DNA from: Mizuhopecten yessoensis
Lineage: Eukaryota
Reading direction: 5' to 3'
NCBI RefSeq assembly: GCF_002113885.1
Contig: NW_018405598.1
Span: 1-64,000, forward strand
DNA: 64,000 bases
Of this stretch, positions 1-13,600 are shown in pieces. Position 1 is the stretch's first letter. Each line of letters begins with the position of its first letter. The notes below the pieces were generated by a model. The model was not told where the DNA came from. It did no database searches and saw only the letters and a program-made list of their open reading frames with translations. A program made the position numbers and the translations under genes.

Positions 1-199
1 ATGGAACCTGCTTATTTACGTAACCAGGTTTTTTCGGGATATATTTGAGATTGTTATCTATCATCGTGTTTCTGTTATATTAGAATTAGGAAACTTCTTT
101 CGTTGGCAACAAGTTAATGAGTAATGGCACACAGTTAAAGGTTTGATTTTTTAAATAACTTAACATGTGTATTAATTATACATTTCCTGCCTTTGTCGT

Positions 200-1087
200 N
201 NNNNNNNNNNNNNNNNNNNNNNNNNNNNNNNNNNNNNNNNNNNNNNNNNNNNNNNNNNNNNNNNNNNNNNNNNNNNNNNNNNNNNNNNNNNNNNNNNNNN
301 NNNNNNNNNNNNNNNNNNNNNNNNNNNNNNNNNNNNNNNNNNNNNNNNNNNNNNNNNNNNNNNNNNNNNNNNNNNNNNNNNNNNNNNNNNNNNNNNNNNN
401 NNNNNNNNNNNNNNNNNNNNNNNNNNNNNNNNNNNNNNNNNNNNNNNNNNNNNNNNNNNNNNNNNNNNNNNNNNNNNNNNNNNNNNNNNNNNNNNNNNNN
501 NNNNNNNNNNNNNNNNNNNNNNNNNNNNNNNNNNNNNNNNNNNNNNNNNNNNNNNNNNNNNNNNNNNNNNNNNNNNNNNNNNNNNNNNNNNNNNNNNNNN
601 NNNNNNNNNNNNNNNNNNNNNNNNNNNNNNNNNNNNNNNNNNNNNNNNNNNNNNNNNNNNNNNNNNNNNNNNNNNNNNNNNNNNNNNNNNNNNNNNNNNN
701 NNNNNNNNNNNNNNNNNNNNNNNNNNNNNNNNNNNNNNNNNNNNNNNNNNNNNNNNNNNNNNNNNNNNNNNNNNNNNNNNNNNNNNNNNNNNNNNNNNNN
801 NNNNNNNNNNNNNNNNNNNNNNNNNNNNNNNNNNNNNNNNNNNNNNNNNNNNNNNNNNNNNNNNNNNNNNNNNNNNNNNNNNNNNNNNNNNNNNNNNNNN
901 NNNNNNNNNNNNNNNNNNNNNNNNNNNNNNNNNNNNNNNNNNNNNNNNNNNNNNNNNNNNNNNNNNNNNNNNNNNNNNNNNNNNNNNNNNNNNNNNNNNN
1001 NNNNNNNNNNNNNNNNNNNNNNNNNNNNNNNNNNNNNNNNNNNNNNNNNNNNNNNNNNNNNNNNNNNNNNNNNNNNNNNNNNNNNNN
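200..1087. other. Assembly gap (888 N)
   Basis: Continuous run of N. The four long ORFs across it are artefacts. Confidence 0.99.
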
Positions 1088-4000
1088 TAATTATGGTCAC
1101 AGTTAAAACAAAAGAAAAACGTCACTCATTCTGCATTTTGAAACAAATGGATATTATGGAACCTGCCTACTTACGCAAACAAATTCCACGTTTACGACAG
1201 TAAATTTGCACTTTATATCTTATTTGATACTCATATCTTGTGGTAATTGACACCTATTATAGAATATTTTTTCTTAGTCGTTTGCAAACTGTGTCTGATA
1301 TTTTCAGAATATTAGAAAGACATAAAAAAAACTATAGAAAATAGCAATAAACTCCTATCAATAATTCGATTACGTTCAAAATATAAATAAAACGTCATTC
1401 ATTTTTCGTTTCGATTGACGTTAATGTTAATTTATTTGCAATGTTTTAACTATTTAACCGACACTCCCCGTGACATCAGCAAATTAAACTTTAACTGATT
1501 AAATAATACCACAAATTCACATCATTTTGAAGGAAACGTTCATAAACACCAAAAAGGTTTTAAGTACCCAGATCTAATTCAGCTGACAAAATACTAGGGA
1601 ATGTATGATACGTATAAAGACAAGTTAAACCGGTAAGATCATGTTCGATAACTCGTACATAGCTGATTGACGTTTTGCGCTTGGTTAAACATTAGATGCG
1701 AACATCTTTGTATTATGCAGAAAATAAAAGATGCATTTTAAAAATGGAAACATCTTCTTAGCTACTTTTCTGCTACACTGTGGCCTGAAAATGATCGCAA
1801 GTGCATTTTTTGTTAACTCCTACGGGAACAACTGTATTAAACAACAAGAAAGATAACACTTTTCATTCCTGCACAGCGGTGTAAAAAGGGAATATGTAAT
1901 CAACCAATACTGCACATGTCGCAATTCAGTTATTAGGTTCAGTCTCATAGCATTTAGTTTAAACCATATTTTATTCATATCAATAAACATGTACAATTAC
2001 ATAGAGATTTCATTCAGATGATTGGGGAACAAGTACTATTGTACTTATACATAGTCCTTCTTATTATATATAACAAGCTTTGATGATAAAACATGAATAA
2101 CTTTGCAGTGATAGTCTAAATATGTGTAATATGAAGAGAAACAGATAAAACATGATATTAGGGATAAAGATAGTAACTGGTGAAGTTTTACCCGGTTGGA
2201 TGGGTAGTTAAGTTTACACAGATAACTATAATATTTAATTTCATTCAGTGCGTTTTTCTAAGCTGATTTTTTTTATCAGCAACGTTTACATAGCAAACGG
2301 ATTCAATGCTGTCAGAAAGTGATGTCCCAACGACTGAATATCACCTTGTTGGATGGAGCTGGTAGTCAAAAACACGGGATTGACGTTGCTAATTCATATT
2401 CGATGCGTAAACGGTACTGTAACTTATTTTTGAAGGAATGAAGGCTTTTACTAATTAGTGCATCAATCTGATATGTAGATAACGGTGATATCATGGATTT
2501 AGATTTCAGCTGTTAAGATCAGTTTGACATGTAAACATATGCAGAGTTTATGGTATATGAAATTTCGGGTTTTGAGTTTATTTGAAAAAGGCGAGAAATA
2601 TTAAAAGCCGAAAAAAATATTTTTTTGATAATTTCTTTTCTTACGGGAGAAACTAATACCAAACAAGAAAGTTCATTTACAATTCTTCAAATCTGTAAAA
2701 TGATTCTTCTTTACTTGTGATCAACAAGTTCCAGAAATCCAATATTCCATGTTTAAAATGTATTCTGATAATGTTAATAAATCATTCACTCAACCGAAAA
2801 TTTAAGGATACTTAAAATTACAGACACAATACGCCTAATTGACTACACGTGAACAGATTTCGATTTAAATTTGTTAAATTATGTTAATAGTTGAATAAAT
2901 CGAACTATTAGAATAATTTCTAAACCCTAATATTAAAAATTTCTATGTAGTCACATGTGCTGGAGAAACCCTTATACAGCCCATATATCATGTAAACATA
3001 AAAACAGCCTGTAGAAAACACATCTGATTAAACACAGCTAACAAATCACAACTCGGATAATGTCACTCACTTTAAGTGGCAGTGATGTGTATGATTTGTT
3101 CAACAAACAAAACCGCAATTTTGTTTCTGTACGGATAAACAAGTAACATAATCCCCTTCAAATGTATATATATATATCCCAAGTGTACAAATGCACCTAT
3201 AACGACACAGGGTAAAACACCCGAACCAACAGCATACATAATGTATGGGGAACGAAAATATCTTATAAACTCGGGTAGGTAGGGTAGGCGGTACCGAAGT
3301 ATACACACCTGTCCGGTATATCTAGACAAGCTGTGTTGGGTATATATCAGAAACTAGTGGAATCATTAGACGGCACACCTACGCCTCTACAAGGTACCGG
3401 TATAGGGTATATGTAGTGGCTGTATATCCAGTACACGGTATTGAGCGGTGCCTACCCGTTAGGTTTAGGACTCAAGAAATCATTGAGATCAATATAACGC
3501 CATTCGAGAGTTGAAAGGAATGGTATTCTAATAGATTGAACTACGGCTGCCTGTTTTTGTACGGACCACAACATATTGCCGAGATATCCGGAAAATTCAG
3601 GATCAGTTCATTTATACATGTATTCAGCACGAAACGTTTTTAGATAATTCAAATTCATCAGAAAGTGGAAATGTATTACGTACTCATAGTGTAACAGTAA
3701 TTTGGCGTTGTGAAAGAATGTACGTGGAACTTTAAAGATGCATGCATTGGTTGCTTGCACACACATAAATTAAAAAGGTGTTTTTGGACAGGTAAAGTGA
3801 AATACGGACGATCGTATTTATAAGGTAATAAGGTGAAGTTTCTCTTTCACAAAAGGTGTTTTGATGATGTTGTAATATTAAGCAATCCAACATTCTATCG
3901 GAAGGCTTAGATAAATACGACACCTTTGAGACGTCGGTTTGATAGTGGCAATAGAAACTTCTGCAAACACGTTTACAAAGTTTAAGTGATTAGTTGTCAG

Positions 4001-4329
4001 GCTGAATAAAGAGGAAATATTCACGTGATTTAAGTGTGTTTTGACAGACGGAAAGGCTACATAGAGGACTTGTAAAGGCTGTATTTAAACACGCGAGTGT
4101 ATTTACCATAGGTCTAGGACAATTTTATCGAAGTTTGACAAGGAGAATGTGAGGATAAACCTACCAGCCACAATCAACCGTTATTCGGATCAACATCGCC
4201 CATGATACACACACAGGTAAGCTGGACGTCTACCTTTAAAGATATGAATATTTATACACTGAACACATGCTTTACAGCGTGAATGTTTATTTTTTATATT
4301 TCTATAACCATTATACAGTTGCCATTTAA

Positions 4330-4670
4330 TAGTAGTCTAGTCGTAGGACACCGGGCTCGTAACCGAATGGTTGCGGGTTCGAGTCACGGTACGGCACTGT
4401 GTTGTATTTTTGAGACAGATACTTTACTCCGCTTGTTCCAGTCTACTCAGCTGTAATGAGTGCGTGGTTGGGCAGTATTAGAATTATAGAATGCTAGCTG
4501 TGAGCGCCGAAATGGCAGCACCGGCTTTATGCTCCCCATGGAGTTGAGAAAGATACTGGCTGGTTGCAAAGGCCCTATAACCACAGATAATAATTTGTGA
4601 ACCGCTTTGAGACGACCTACGGACTAGGTTGTGATAAAGCGGTATATAAGAATTATTATCATTATTATTA
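4330..4670 (+). mobile_element. tRNA-derived SINE with Deu/Nin-like central domain and L2-like 3' tail
   Basis: A-box-like TAGTCTAGTCG (~4334) and B-box GGTTCGAGTCA (~4376). Central CAGCTGTAATGAGT...GCGCCGAAATGGCAGC...CTCCCCATGGAGTTGAG resembles the Deu/Nin core. Tail TGTGAACCGCTTTGAG...AAAGCGGTATATAAGAA ends in (ATT)n. Family assigned from memory of consensus motifs. Confidence 0.8.
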
Positions 4671-6279
4671 TATGAATGATTATGTCGTACATCAGACACT
4701 AAGACTTCATCCTGGATCAGTGGTTGCATACCATATGTATTCTTTTAAATGTAGAAATTCTGTTTCATATCGAAAAAAAGGGGAAACAACAAATAATAAA
4801 TAAAAAGTTTAAGTTAAACCGTTAATCGACTCACAATTTAGTTACATTTTTCCCCAGTTCGGTGAACTATTTATATGACATGTCTGAGGACATCACAAGA
4901 CTTTAGTAAACAAAACATAAAAATAGAAAATATTTTAGCCTCACTTGTCTTAGATCTAAGGTTTATATAGTATCGTGATTGATAGGCAAATGTCTATCTT
5001 GCAGAAAGTCCTGCGGTAACTGACATATGAAAGCATGATTTTACATTATAATTGGGGTGGTAAATGAAGTTAGATTTCATTGTATTGTGTAAATTCTAGT
5101 CATTAGTCATATGCTGTCCGTATGTATGTACCTTTATCTGTTTGTATATGTAAGTGCCTACTTATACTAGTATTCATAAGTACCTGTTTATGTTAATATT
5201 TCTTTAAGTACTTGTTTAATGAGGGATGTCACAAGCGGTAAAGGAATCGCATATTTTTCTATGTGGTTAAATCCTATTGGTTTTGACCCGGTGTCGTCAT
5301 GGGTTTTATTTATAATTTATTTGTTTGTGTGTTGATGCTCCATGTTTTTCTTAGTGTTTGTTATATTTTTTGAGTTTTGAGTTTTGTATGTTGATATCCC
5401 TGCTTTTTTAATGTTTTTTATATCTTTGTTTTCATGTTTTGTGTGGTGAAGCAGCGTGTTAGTGATCCGTGTTTATGACAACATAATAACCAAGGTCTGC
5501 GTGTTGATGCTCTGGCGGTTGTTTTTCAATAGATACTGTTTGAATAACCCCTATATACATTTATAATTTAATGAGTATGATGGGTAGTTGGACATATATA
5601 TGTATGTTTCATTGTATGCTATCTAAGGGAACAATCTATTATTAACTTATGTATGTTTACAGACCTATATTATTGTTAAAATATTAATTTTCCTGTTCGT
5701 TTATTTTTACTTTGCATTCATTATTTTCAGGTATTTTTCCATTGAATGTAATTGATATATAAATTGTGCCTTTCACGCGCAGAGCTACTTGTGCAGTGCT
5801 CCATCTACTATAAATTAACGTGGATCAACTCCAGATATCAAGAGAGAAATATTTGTTAATATTGTAAATATGTATTCGTTGAAGTTTCTAATGAATAACA
5901 TAAATTTATTAGGAGATATTTATATTTGCTTGGTATGCTTGTACAACTTATCAAATGGTAATTTCTAAGCATCAACAACTAGCTATAATAGCTATAAGTA
6001 ATTGTATGTACTCTCAAAAAGATATCAAAACAGTGTCATATGCATAAAATAATATAAAACAGATCGGCCTTTGATTTGATCATGGCCAAACCGATTTAGA
6101 TTTCAGCATATCCTAAAATAGGAAATAAATTAAAGAAAGAATGACCATCTGTCATATTAGCCAACCTCGTATTTTACCTTAATATCCATTGATTCAACAT
6201 CCATATCTCTATTTGTATACCTCTTTGTTTTCAATACATCCCCTCTTTTTAATGTTTACCCATTTTGTATATTTATATT

Positions 6280-6905
6280 ACGATTGTTAAACATTTATAC
6301 GTGTTTTACATAACTACCGGCAAGTTTTATAATCATACCACGTTGTTTTACATAAATACACCACACTTTATATTTATACTTGTATGTTAACATTTATTTT
6401 CCCATGTTTTACATTTATACCCGTTATTTTACATTTATACCCGTATTTTTCCTCATATGATTACATATATACCCCAAAGTTTTAAATTTTACCCGTATGT
6501 TTACCCATATGATAACATACATATCCTAAATGTTTTTCATTAATTCTCGCATGTTAACATTTATACCCCGTTGTTTTAAATTTTTACCCGTATGTTTACC
6601 CATATGATAACATACATATCCCAAATGTTTTACATTAATACTCGCATGTTAACATGTATACCCGTTGTTTTACATTTTTACCCGTATGTTTACCCATATG
6701 ATAACATACATATCCTAAATGTCTTACATTAATACTCGCATGTTAACATTTATACCTCGTTGTTTTACATTTTTACCCGTATGTTTACCCATATGATAAC
6801 ATGTATATCCTAAAAATTTACATTTATACTCGTATTTTAACATTTATACCCCGTTGTTTTACATTCATACCCGTATGTTAGCATTTATACCCATATGATT
6901 AACAT
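6280..6905. repeat. AT-rich tandem repeat, ~21-bp subunits organised into a ~95-bp higher-order unit
   Basis: ACCCGTATGTTTACCCATATGATAACAT recurs at 6491, 6586, 6680 and 6775. Degenerate ACATTTATACCCG monomers lie on both sides. Confidence 0.9.
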
Positions 6906-7384
6906 TGATCCCTTATTACATTTTTTTGTATCTTTTCCTGTTATGAATATCGTTTGTTTGATCATCGGGGAATTGATACTACTTTTGTTTTAGTATAAAA
7001 CTCTCTAACGGGGTGTATACCTGAACTTACACTTACCATAAATTCCAATACACTTCTACCTCTACAATATACATACAGGTGCCGTTTACGACCACCAAAG
7101 GGACATTTTCTGAACTACTGCCAAAGTTGTGTTGACCTTACATACGTACTGCGTAAGTCCCTATAGAATTGAATGCACACTAATAGGTCCGGGTTATCGT
7201 TAATCTTTTCTTGTCTACTTATCGTACAGGATTCAGGGTGAATAGGGATACTTTATAGACACTTTAAGCAAGTAATAGCTTGAGGGCTATTGCCTTGAAA
7301 ATGTAAATGCCGGAAATATCAATGGATAGCTTCGATGTTTATCAGTTATGTTTAATAGCAAGGTAATTCAAAATATACTATTTT

Positions 7385-7606
7385 ACATTCTGGAGAAGTA
7401 GATAACAGAGAGGAGAAACACAATATAGATAGAAAATATAGATACGTTCATTGTATTGTAATTGAAACATACAAAGAAATACCTATAATATTAATATGAC
7501 ATTCTAGAGAAGTAGATAAAAGGAAGAGAAACACAATATAGACTTTAGAAATAAATACTTTCAGTGTCTTGTATTGAAACATACAAAAAAAATACTTATA
7601 CTATAA
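7385..7606. repeat. Two-copy diverged tandem duplication (~114 bp)
   Basis: ACATTCTRGAGAAGTAGATAA...GAGAAACACAATATAGA...ATTGAAACATACAAA starts at 7385 and 7499. Confidence 0.8.
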
Positions 7607-10600
7607 ATCTGCATATTCAAGTATCTGTTTTGCAATATATTCTCGAATTAAGATCTTCTGGCGTCCGTCTCTCTGTCATTCCGTTTATATTGGTTCGATA
7701 TATTTGTATGGCACAATATGAGCCTTTTCTGCCAAATGGGAACTGAAGGCTGTTCATAAAAATTCATCTTTACATTGTGTTCCAGTCGAATGAAACAAAT
7801 TTTGATTGTCCATCACGACACAATAACGCGTGTATTAAAACCTCTCCGCCTTTTAAATTAAAATATGAATGGTTGGTATTTAACATGCGATAAATATGGC
7901 TTTCTATTTAAAAATGGATACTGTAAAAGTATTATATGTGCATTATAAGGATAGATTTATACCCGAGTATACAAACTGTCAGATCGAAGGTTAAAGACAG
8001 CCATAGCTTTCAGAGATTATACTTATACAGTGTTATTACTATAATCGATTAACACAAGTACGTCAGGTAGGGTATTCGGACTAAAATGTCAATAAAGACC
8101 GTTAGAAACGAAAGCAGAGCTGCACTCTGTGTAAAACAATGATTTTTTCTTCTTACATTGTGACCCACGTGAACATTCATTACCAGTTAATTTGTCGTTA
8201 CTGCCTACAAAGCGCATGTGTCACTTGTTTAAAACGACAACCGGTATGAACAGTATATGTACTTAGAAAGTTGAATAAATATACCATTATTGGTTTTCCA
8301 TGTTAGTCTAACAGAAACATCTTACCCACCCGGCCTTTTTATCTTTTCATTTTACAACTTGTGACATTTACATACGTTTGTGATTAAACAAGGCTTGTGT
8401 CTGTATGAATAGGACATCGCGTGTCAGACAAATTAGTAAGTACCATTATCATCTCGATTATGTATCTCTTTGGAATTGTCCACTGTTACCATGGACGTTC
8501 CTGGTAACGAGTGGACGTAGTCATTATCGAGCTTATCAGTCCAATAGATACTTTGTCATCAATGATACAAACTTAGCTTATATTAAAAACGTGAGAACAG
8601 TAGCATCGATAATTCTGAGGATGAATAGATCATATCTAAGCAAATGATTTATCATACTTACAGTATATGATATCTTCCAAACACCGGTTTAACATAGACT
8701 ATGATGAACTTGATGATTATTTGAGTATTGCTATTATCTATATAATTTAATATTTACTTGAACATTACATGTGTTCAGCACCCACTCGTGATATATAAAT
8801 ATTAGTCAAGACCGATATGTCAAATTCTTGAGTGGTATAATTACATGTGATACAGGGTAATGATTCCCTTTAGTTAGTAGTTAGTGTATATGTAAGTACA
8901 TGTAAGACAGGTTGATGATTCCACTCAATTAGTTTACATTTAAATTACATACTGTACAGGCCAAAGTGTCCAACTTTTAAGTGGCATAATAACATGTGAT
9001 ATAGGATAATGAATCGATTTATGTAGGATATAGGTAACTACATGTAGTACAGACTACTGATTATGATCACATACTGTTCAGTCTTTGTTGTCCAATAACC
9101 TAACAATTGTTTTTCATATTTATTATCTATTATGACTAATAATTTTCAAATAACAATAATACATAATTTAGGAACTGCAACTAGCACTCTACGTACCACA
9201 TCAACTGTCCTAAATGCTAATCAATCAACGTCAGGCAGGAGACGTATTAAGGGGTTTATTTCCAGTAGTGATGCAAATCGGCGTTCTACTCAGATAACTT
9301 TATTTTTGTCACTATTGCACAATAAGCAGCTGACTTTGAAAACATTTTTAAAATTACATTCATTATAAAAGTATGAATGGTCACTTATTGATATATTTTT
9401 TATCGTGTTAGTGAAAAGTTTTTATTTATTTACGACAATAAATATATAAAGTCAAGCGTATTGCAATGAAATATCAATATTGAAATATGATTAAAATCTA
9501 TGAGTTGATAAATCATGCATATGAAACTATATTTATCATATTTATGAACAAGCGTGAACAAAAGATGAGTTTTCACCGTTGGTTGATACAATATTCTTTT
9601 GAAACCTCATACACAGTTGTTAATTTCAACAAATAGCAGGGCATACATTTCATGAATATAAGAAAGACCTGCAAAATGATAAGCAATAAGAACATTGATT
9701 TAAAGTTGATTCATCTCCCGAAAAACTAAACAATCAATTGACTTGACAACTTTGATTTAAGGTTGAAATGATAAACTCGCTCACTCACACCTGGGGAATG
9801 CATTTGACACCACACTATCTATATCGATATGATCAAGAGAGCTAAGATGTATGCAATGTAAATAAGAAAAAAAATATTCTGAGAAGCTTCTTAACGCTTT
9901 CACCATTTCATAGGTTCATCAAGGGAGTGTCTTTTGTAAATAATTGCGTTAACAGAAAAACTATACAGCACAGAATCTGATGACGTAATGATAACAATAC
10001 ATTATGACGTCAGAATGCAACTTATGAAGACGTCATGCTAACTAATTATGACGCAGATTGCAATTTACCAACAAAAATACTGACAAAATAAAACTTTTGA
10101 CGTTAAAACTTGACGGGGCAATCCGGTATATGAATAAAAGATATTTAAATTGGTGCCAAATAGCATCATGATTTGAAAACTTTTTTAATTCAACAGTGAA
10201 TATTTGCCAACACTGTGTGGTGGGAGGATGGGCGGGTGTACTTGTATGTTGCATTTGATCAGTATTGTCTCAATTTACAACCCTTTTAAATCAGTTGTCT
10301 GACTCACAATTTCGAAACATATATAACAATAACACGGAAATGAAAACCTTGTATGAAGGATGGACTTATATGTGTTTTTGAAGCATGGACTCCCCCAGGT
10401 TTGGACATTTTTTTAAATATGTATACTTCATTAATCATAATAGATTGATTTTCATCGCATTTGGTCTGTGTATTAAGATTACATACTAGCTAAAAGTTAT
10501 GCACAGCAATTAATCCCTGTAATTCATTAACTTGTAATTTAAAAAAACGTAATTGTTCAGCCAGTGTTTGAAGGTATTTAAAATTCCTTTTAAAGCAGCA

Positions 10601-13600
10601 AAGGTCAATAATTATTATATTATGGATCTTGTTTTTAGTCCAAGGTCTAATATTATCTTGTCATTTTGATCATTGCCTTTTTTCCTGATTCATTAAAACC
10701 TGCCTTGAAAGAAATTGGTCAAAAGTTTAAAGTCCCAAAATTAGTTCTCAAAGAGCCATACAATGTATACATATCAACTAGACAATAAGGTAAGACTTTT
10801 ATACACTGTAGTAAAAATTGCCTATTCATCATAACTGTTGGTGTCAAATTGGTTAAAGGCCATTGTAAATGCGAGACGTTAGTTACAGTTTAAGTTGTTT
10901 TTGTTTGTTTTGATTTTTGAAGTTGACACGGACTTGGGCCTTATTGCCAATTACTTTCCAGTGAACTGACCTGTTACCTTTACTCAAATTCAATTCGAGT
11001 GACATGTTTAACTACGAATAATTAAAAAAATTATTAGCGATTTTTAATTTAATTAGTCAGTAACACGTCAAGCGAAAATGTTTAATCTAAATAGAAAAAA
11101 AACAGTGTTAACATACAAAGCCCCAAGGACACTTTAAATCATAACAAAATATTATATACTATATAATATAGGCGAAGTGTTATGAAAAGATAAGTGTTTC
11201 CAGCTTTCAGTCGAGATCCGAATTTAAAAAGAGTTTAATTCATACATTAGTGAATATCCAGATTAAATAAAAATGTTTTTAGAGGAGTGTTTTTATATTG
11301 GTATCTCTAGCTGTATCACAACGTTCGATTTCCGTTAAACTTGATCTCCTCATTGTTCAATGACAAGGTGCATGTTCGGTGCATGCCAGTGTTTGCTTTT
11401 CCAGCTCTATCAAACACTCTACAAGGCGACTCAATACAAAGAGCTTATAAAACCTAGCAACGCCCTATGATAAAGCACACAAGCCTGCCTTCACAGGGGA
11501 ATTCTGGGCATCGTGCATTGAGAAAAGATTAAACATATTTTCAACAGATGACGCAAACATGATCAATTACTTTAGATATTTAAAATACATTTTGATGAAC
11601 CTGGTATATTTAAGCAGTGCATGACACATCAATAACGAAAAGTAAAAATACAATAGTAAAGGGTATATGAGTTAGTTAAGACAGGAACCAGTGTATCGGG
11701 CGACTGCTAAACGATGAATGAGATTACTGGAATAAATATGTTAGAGTACATTTCATTTATGGTAAGTGATATATCACGTGTTTGGTATTACAGCATAAAC
11801 CTCGCTATTTCGATTTTATTGGAATCATGATAAAAATCGAGAGAAAAGGTGAGTCGATATGTCCAAGTTCAAATACTCAATAATTAAGTACTAAGATCCA
11901 AGATCTCAAATTCGTGAATAACATGGTATTTCAGATAGCTGAATACAGTGTTTGGTACTACAGATGGTGGGGAAAATACGAGAGTGACAGCTAAATCGAA
12001 AACATTGGTCACTGCTCGAATGAATTGGTACACAAATCTAACAGCAGAATTAAATTTGGATTGGTGTCGGCCATAGACACCGTTAGAATATCATAAGTTT
12101 ATGTGATTACTCTTATTACTAATATCGCTATCATACCGTAAATAACAAATCATGTTCTACTTGAAATGAAATCCCTGTCGGATACATTTCTCGTATATTT
12201 AATTATGATTATAACTAAAACTGTATTTATTAAAGGGTAAAGCTGTGTTTTCCTCTATTACCATTGTTGAACAGTGCGTTGACACAATCTAGAGTCATTT
12301 TAAAGGCGAAATGGCCCTTTTTCAAAAGAAAATTCAGGTAAAATTATTTAAGTTTAGATAATTTGATGTTCATATGATATGTAAAAAAACTCAAACAAAC
12401 TCGTTTCCATTCCATATGGTAATTATATTTGTTTGTTTTCAGAATGAACTCAAAAAAATCCGAAAATCGAAAAAACCATGTCAGCTATAAACAACACGTC
12501 AAAATAGAGTTATATAAGATCCATTTCACAGTTAGGTTTATAGGTTCAAGATAAGGATTAAGTGATTCTTTATTCATGACTTTACTGTTATCGACCGGTA
12601 ACAGGTAGCAGACCTTCCGTGGTCGATATCGATATGTGCGTAATGTAAAAGGACCTGCTATTGAAAGCGTTAATTGGAGTATTGCCTGATATATGGTGTT
12701 TTAGTAAAGCTAGGGATGTACTCCGTGGCGGGAGGAAGAGATTATGTAATATGTCTATAGGGACTGTATATAAATTAGAATACAATAGAATAAACACCTG
12801 ACATGAATTCAGTTGCGCTCAGGTGACTGGTTTACTGGTTCAGCCAATGACTTACTACAGCTCGACACAAGTAACAGTTACATTACAGCAATTTGTATAT
12901 ATGTATTACATTAAAAACTTTAAAACTTATGTGAGGTGTAACACACACTGTACAAGATATCTTCTTGGTTTATACTGACTAACGTACATTTATTGTGTCT
13001 TGATCTGTCTGTAGATATCGCTTGTTTGTGTCAGACGATCCAGTTATTACTATCGAAAGATTCTAATTTGGTAAAGAGAAAAGTGATGACCAATTAACGA
13101 TTCACATTCATTACATACTACATATCATAGTGTGTTACGTTACATATATTAAAAACCAGTGTTTACCCACATCTTGATTTGAATGTTTTATTTTAAACCA
13201 TCCTTGCTTTCTGAACGTTATTTATAAGTTCCTACAGTGTTTCTGGAATCAGCATAAGATTACATGTGAGAATATCCACGTTTTATCCAACATGGAAACA
13301 GCGAAATATTTCATATGTCTAGAGAAAGAGACCGAGTTTAACATTTCAAACAGTCCATCAAAGCGTACAATGTATATCATTCTATTTATTGACTTACCTT
13401 TATATGGTAGTTCCATTAGGAATATAGGGGAAGGTATTGCTGTATTGTAATATAATGGTTAACTTAGGTCGTGTAACCATCACCATGGTACATGTGCATC
13501 ATTATTTAGACCACAACTAGACCACACCAAGATCAAAAGAGTGTATAAAATATCTTTCTTACTTGGATTTGAAATAGCATTGTGTTTTGGAAGACAGCTA

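Noticed and set aside
135-1203. Four 313-336 aa ORFs
   Set aside because: They consist almost entirely of N-gap codons.
4330-4395. Functional tRNA genes here and at 38925-38995
   Set aside because: The cloverleaves are degenerate and continue into SINE body and tail sequences.
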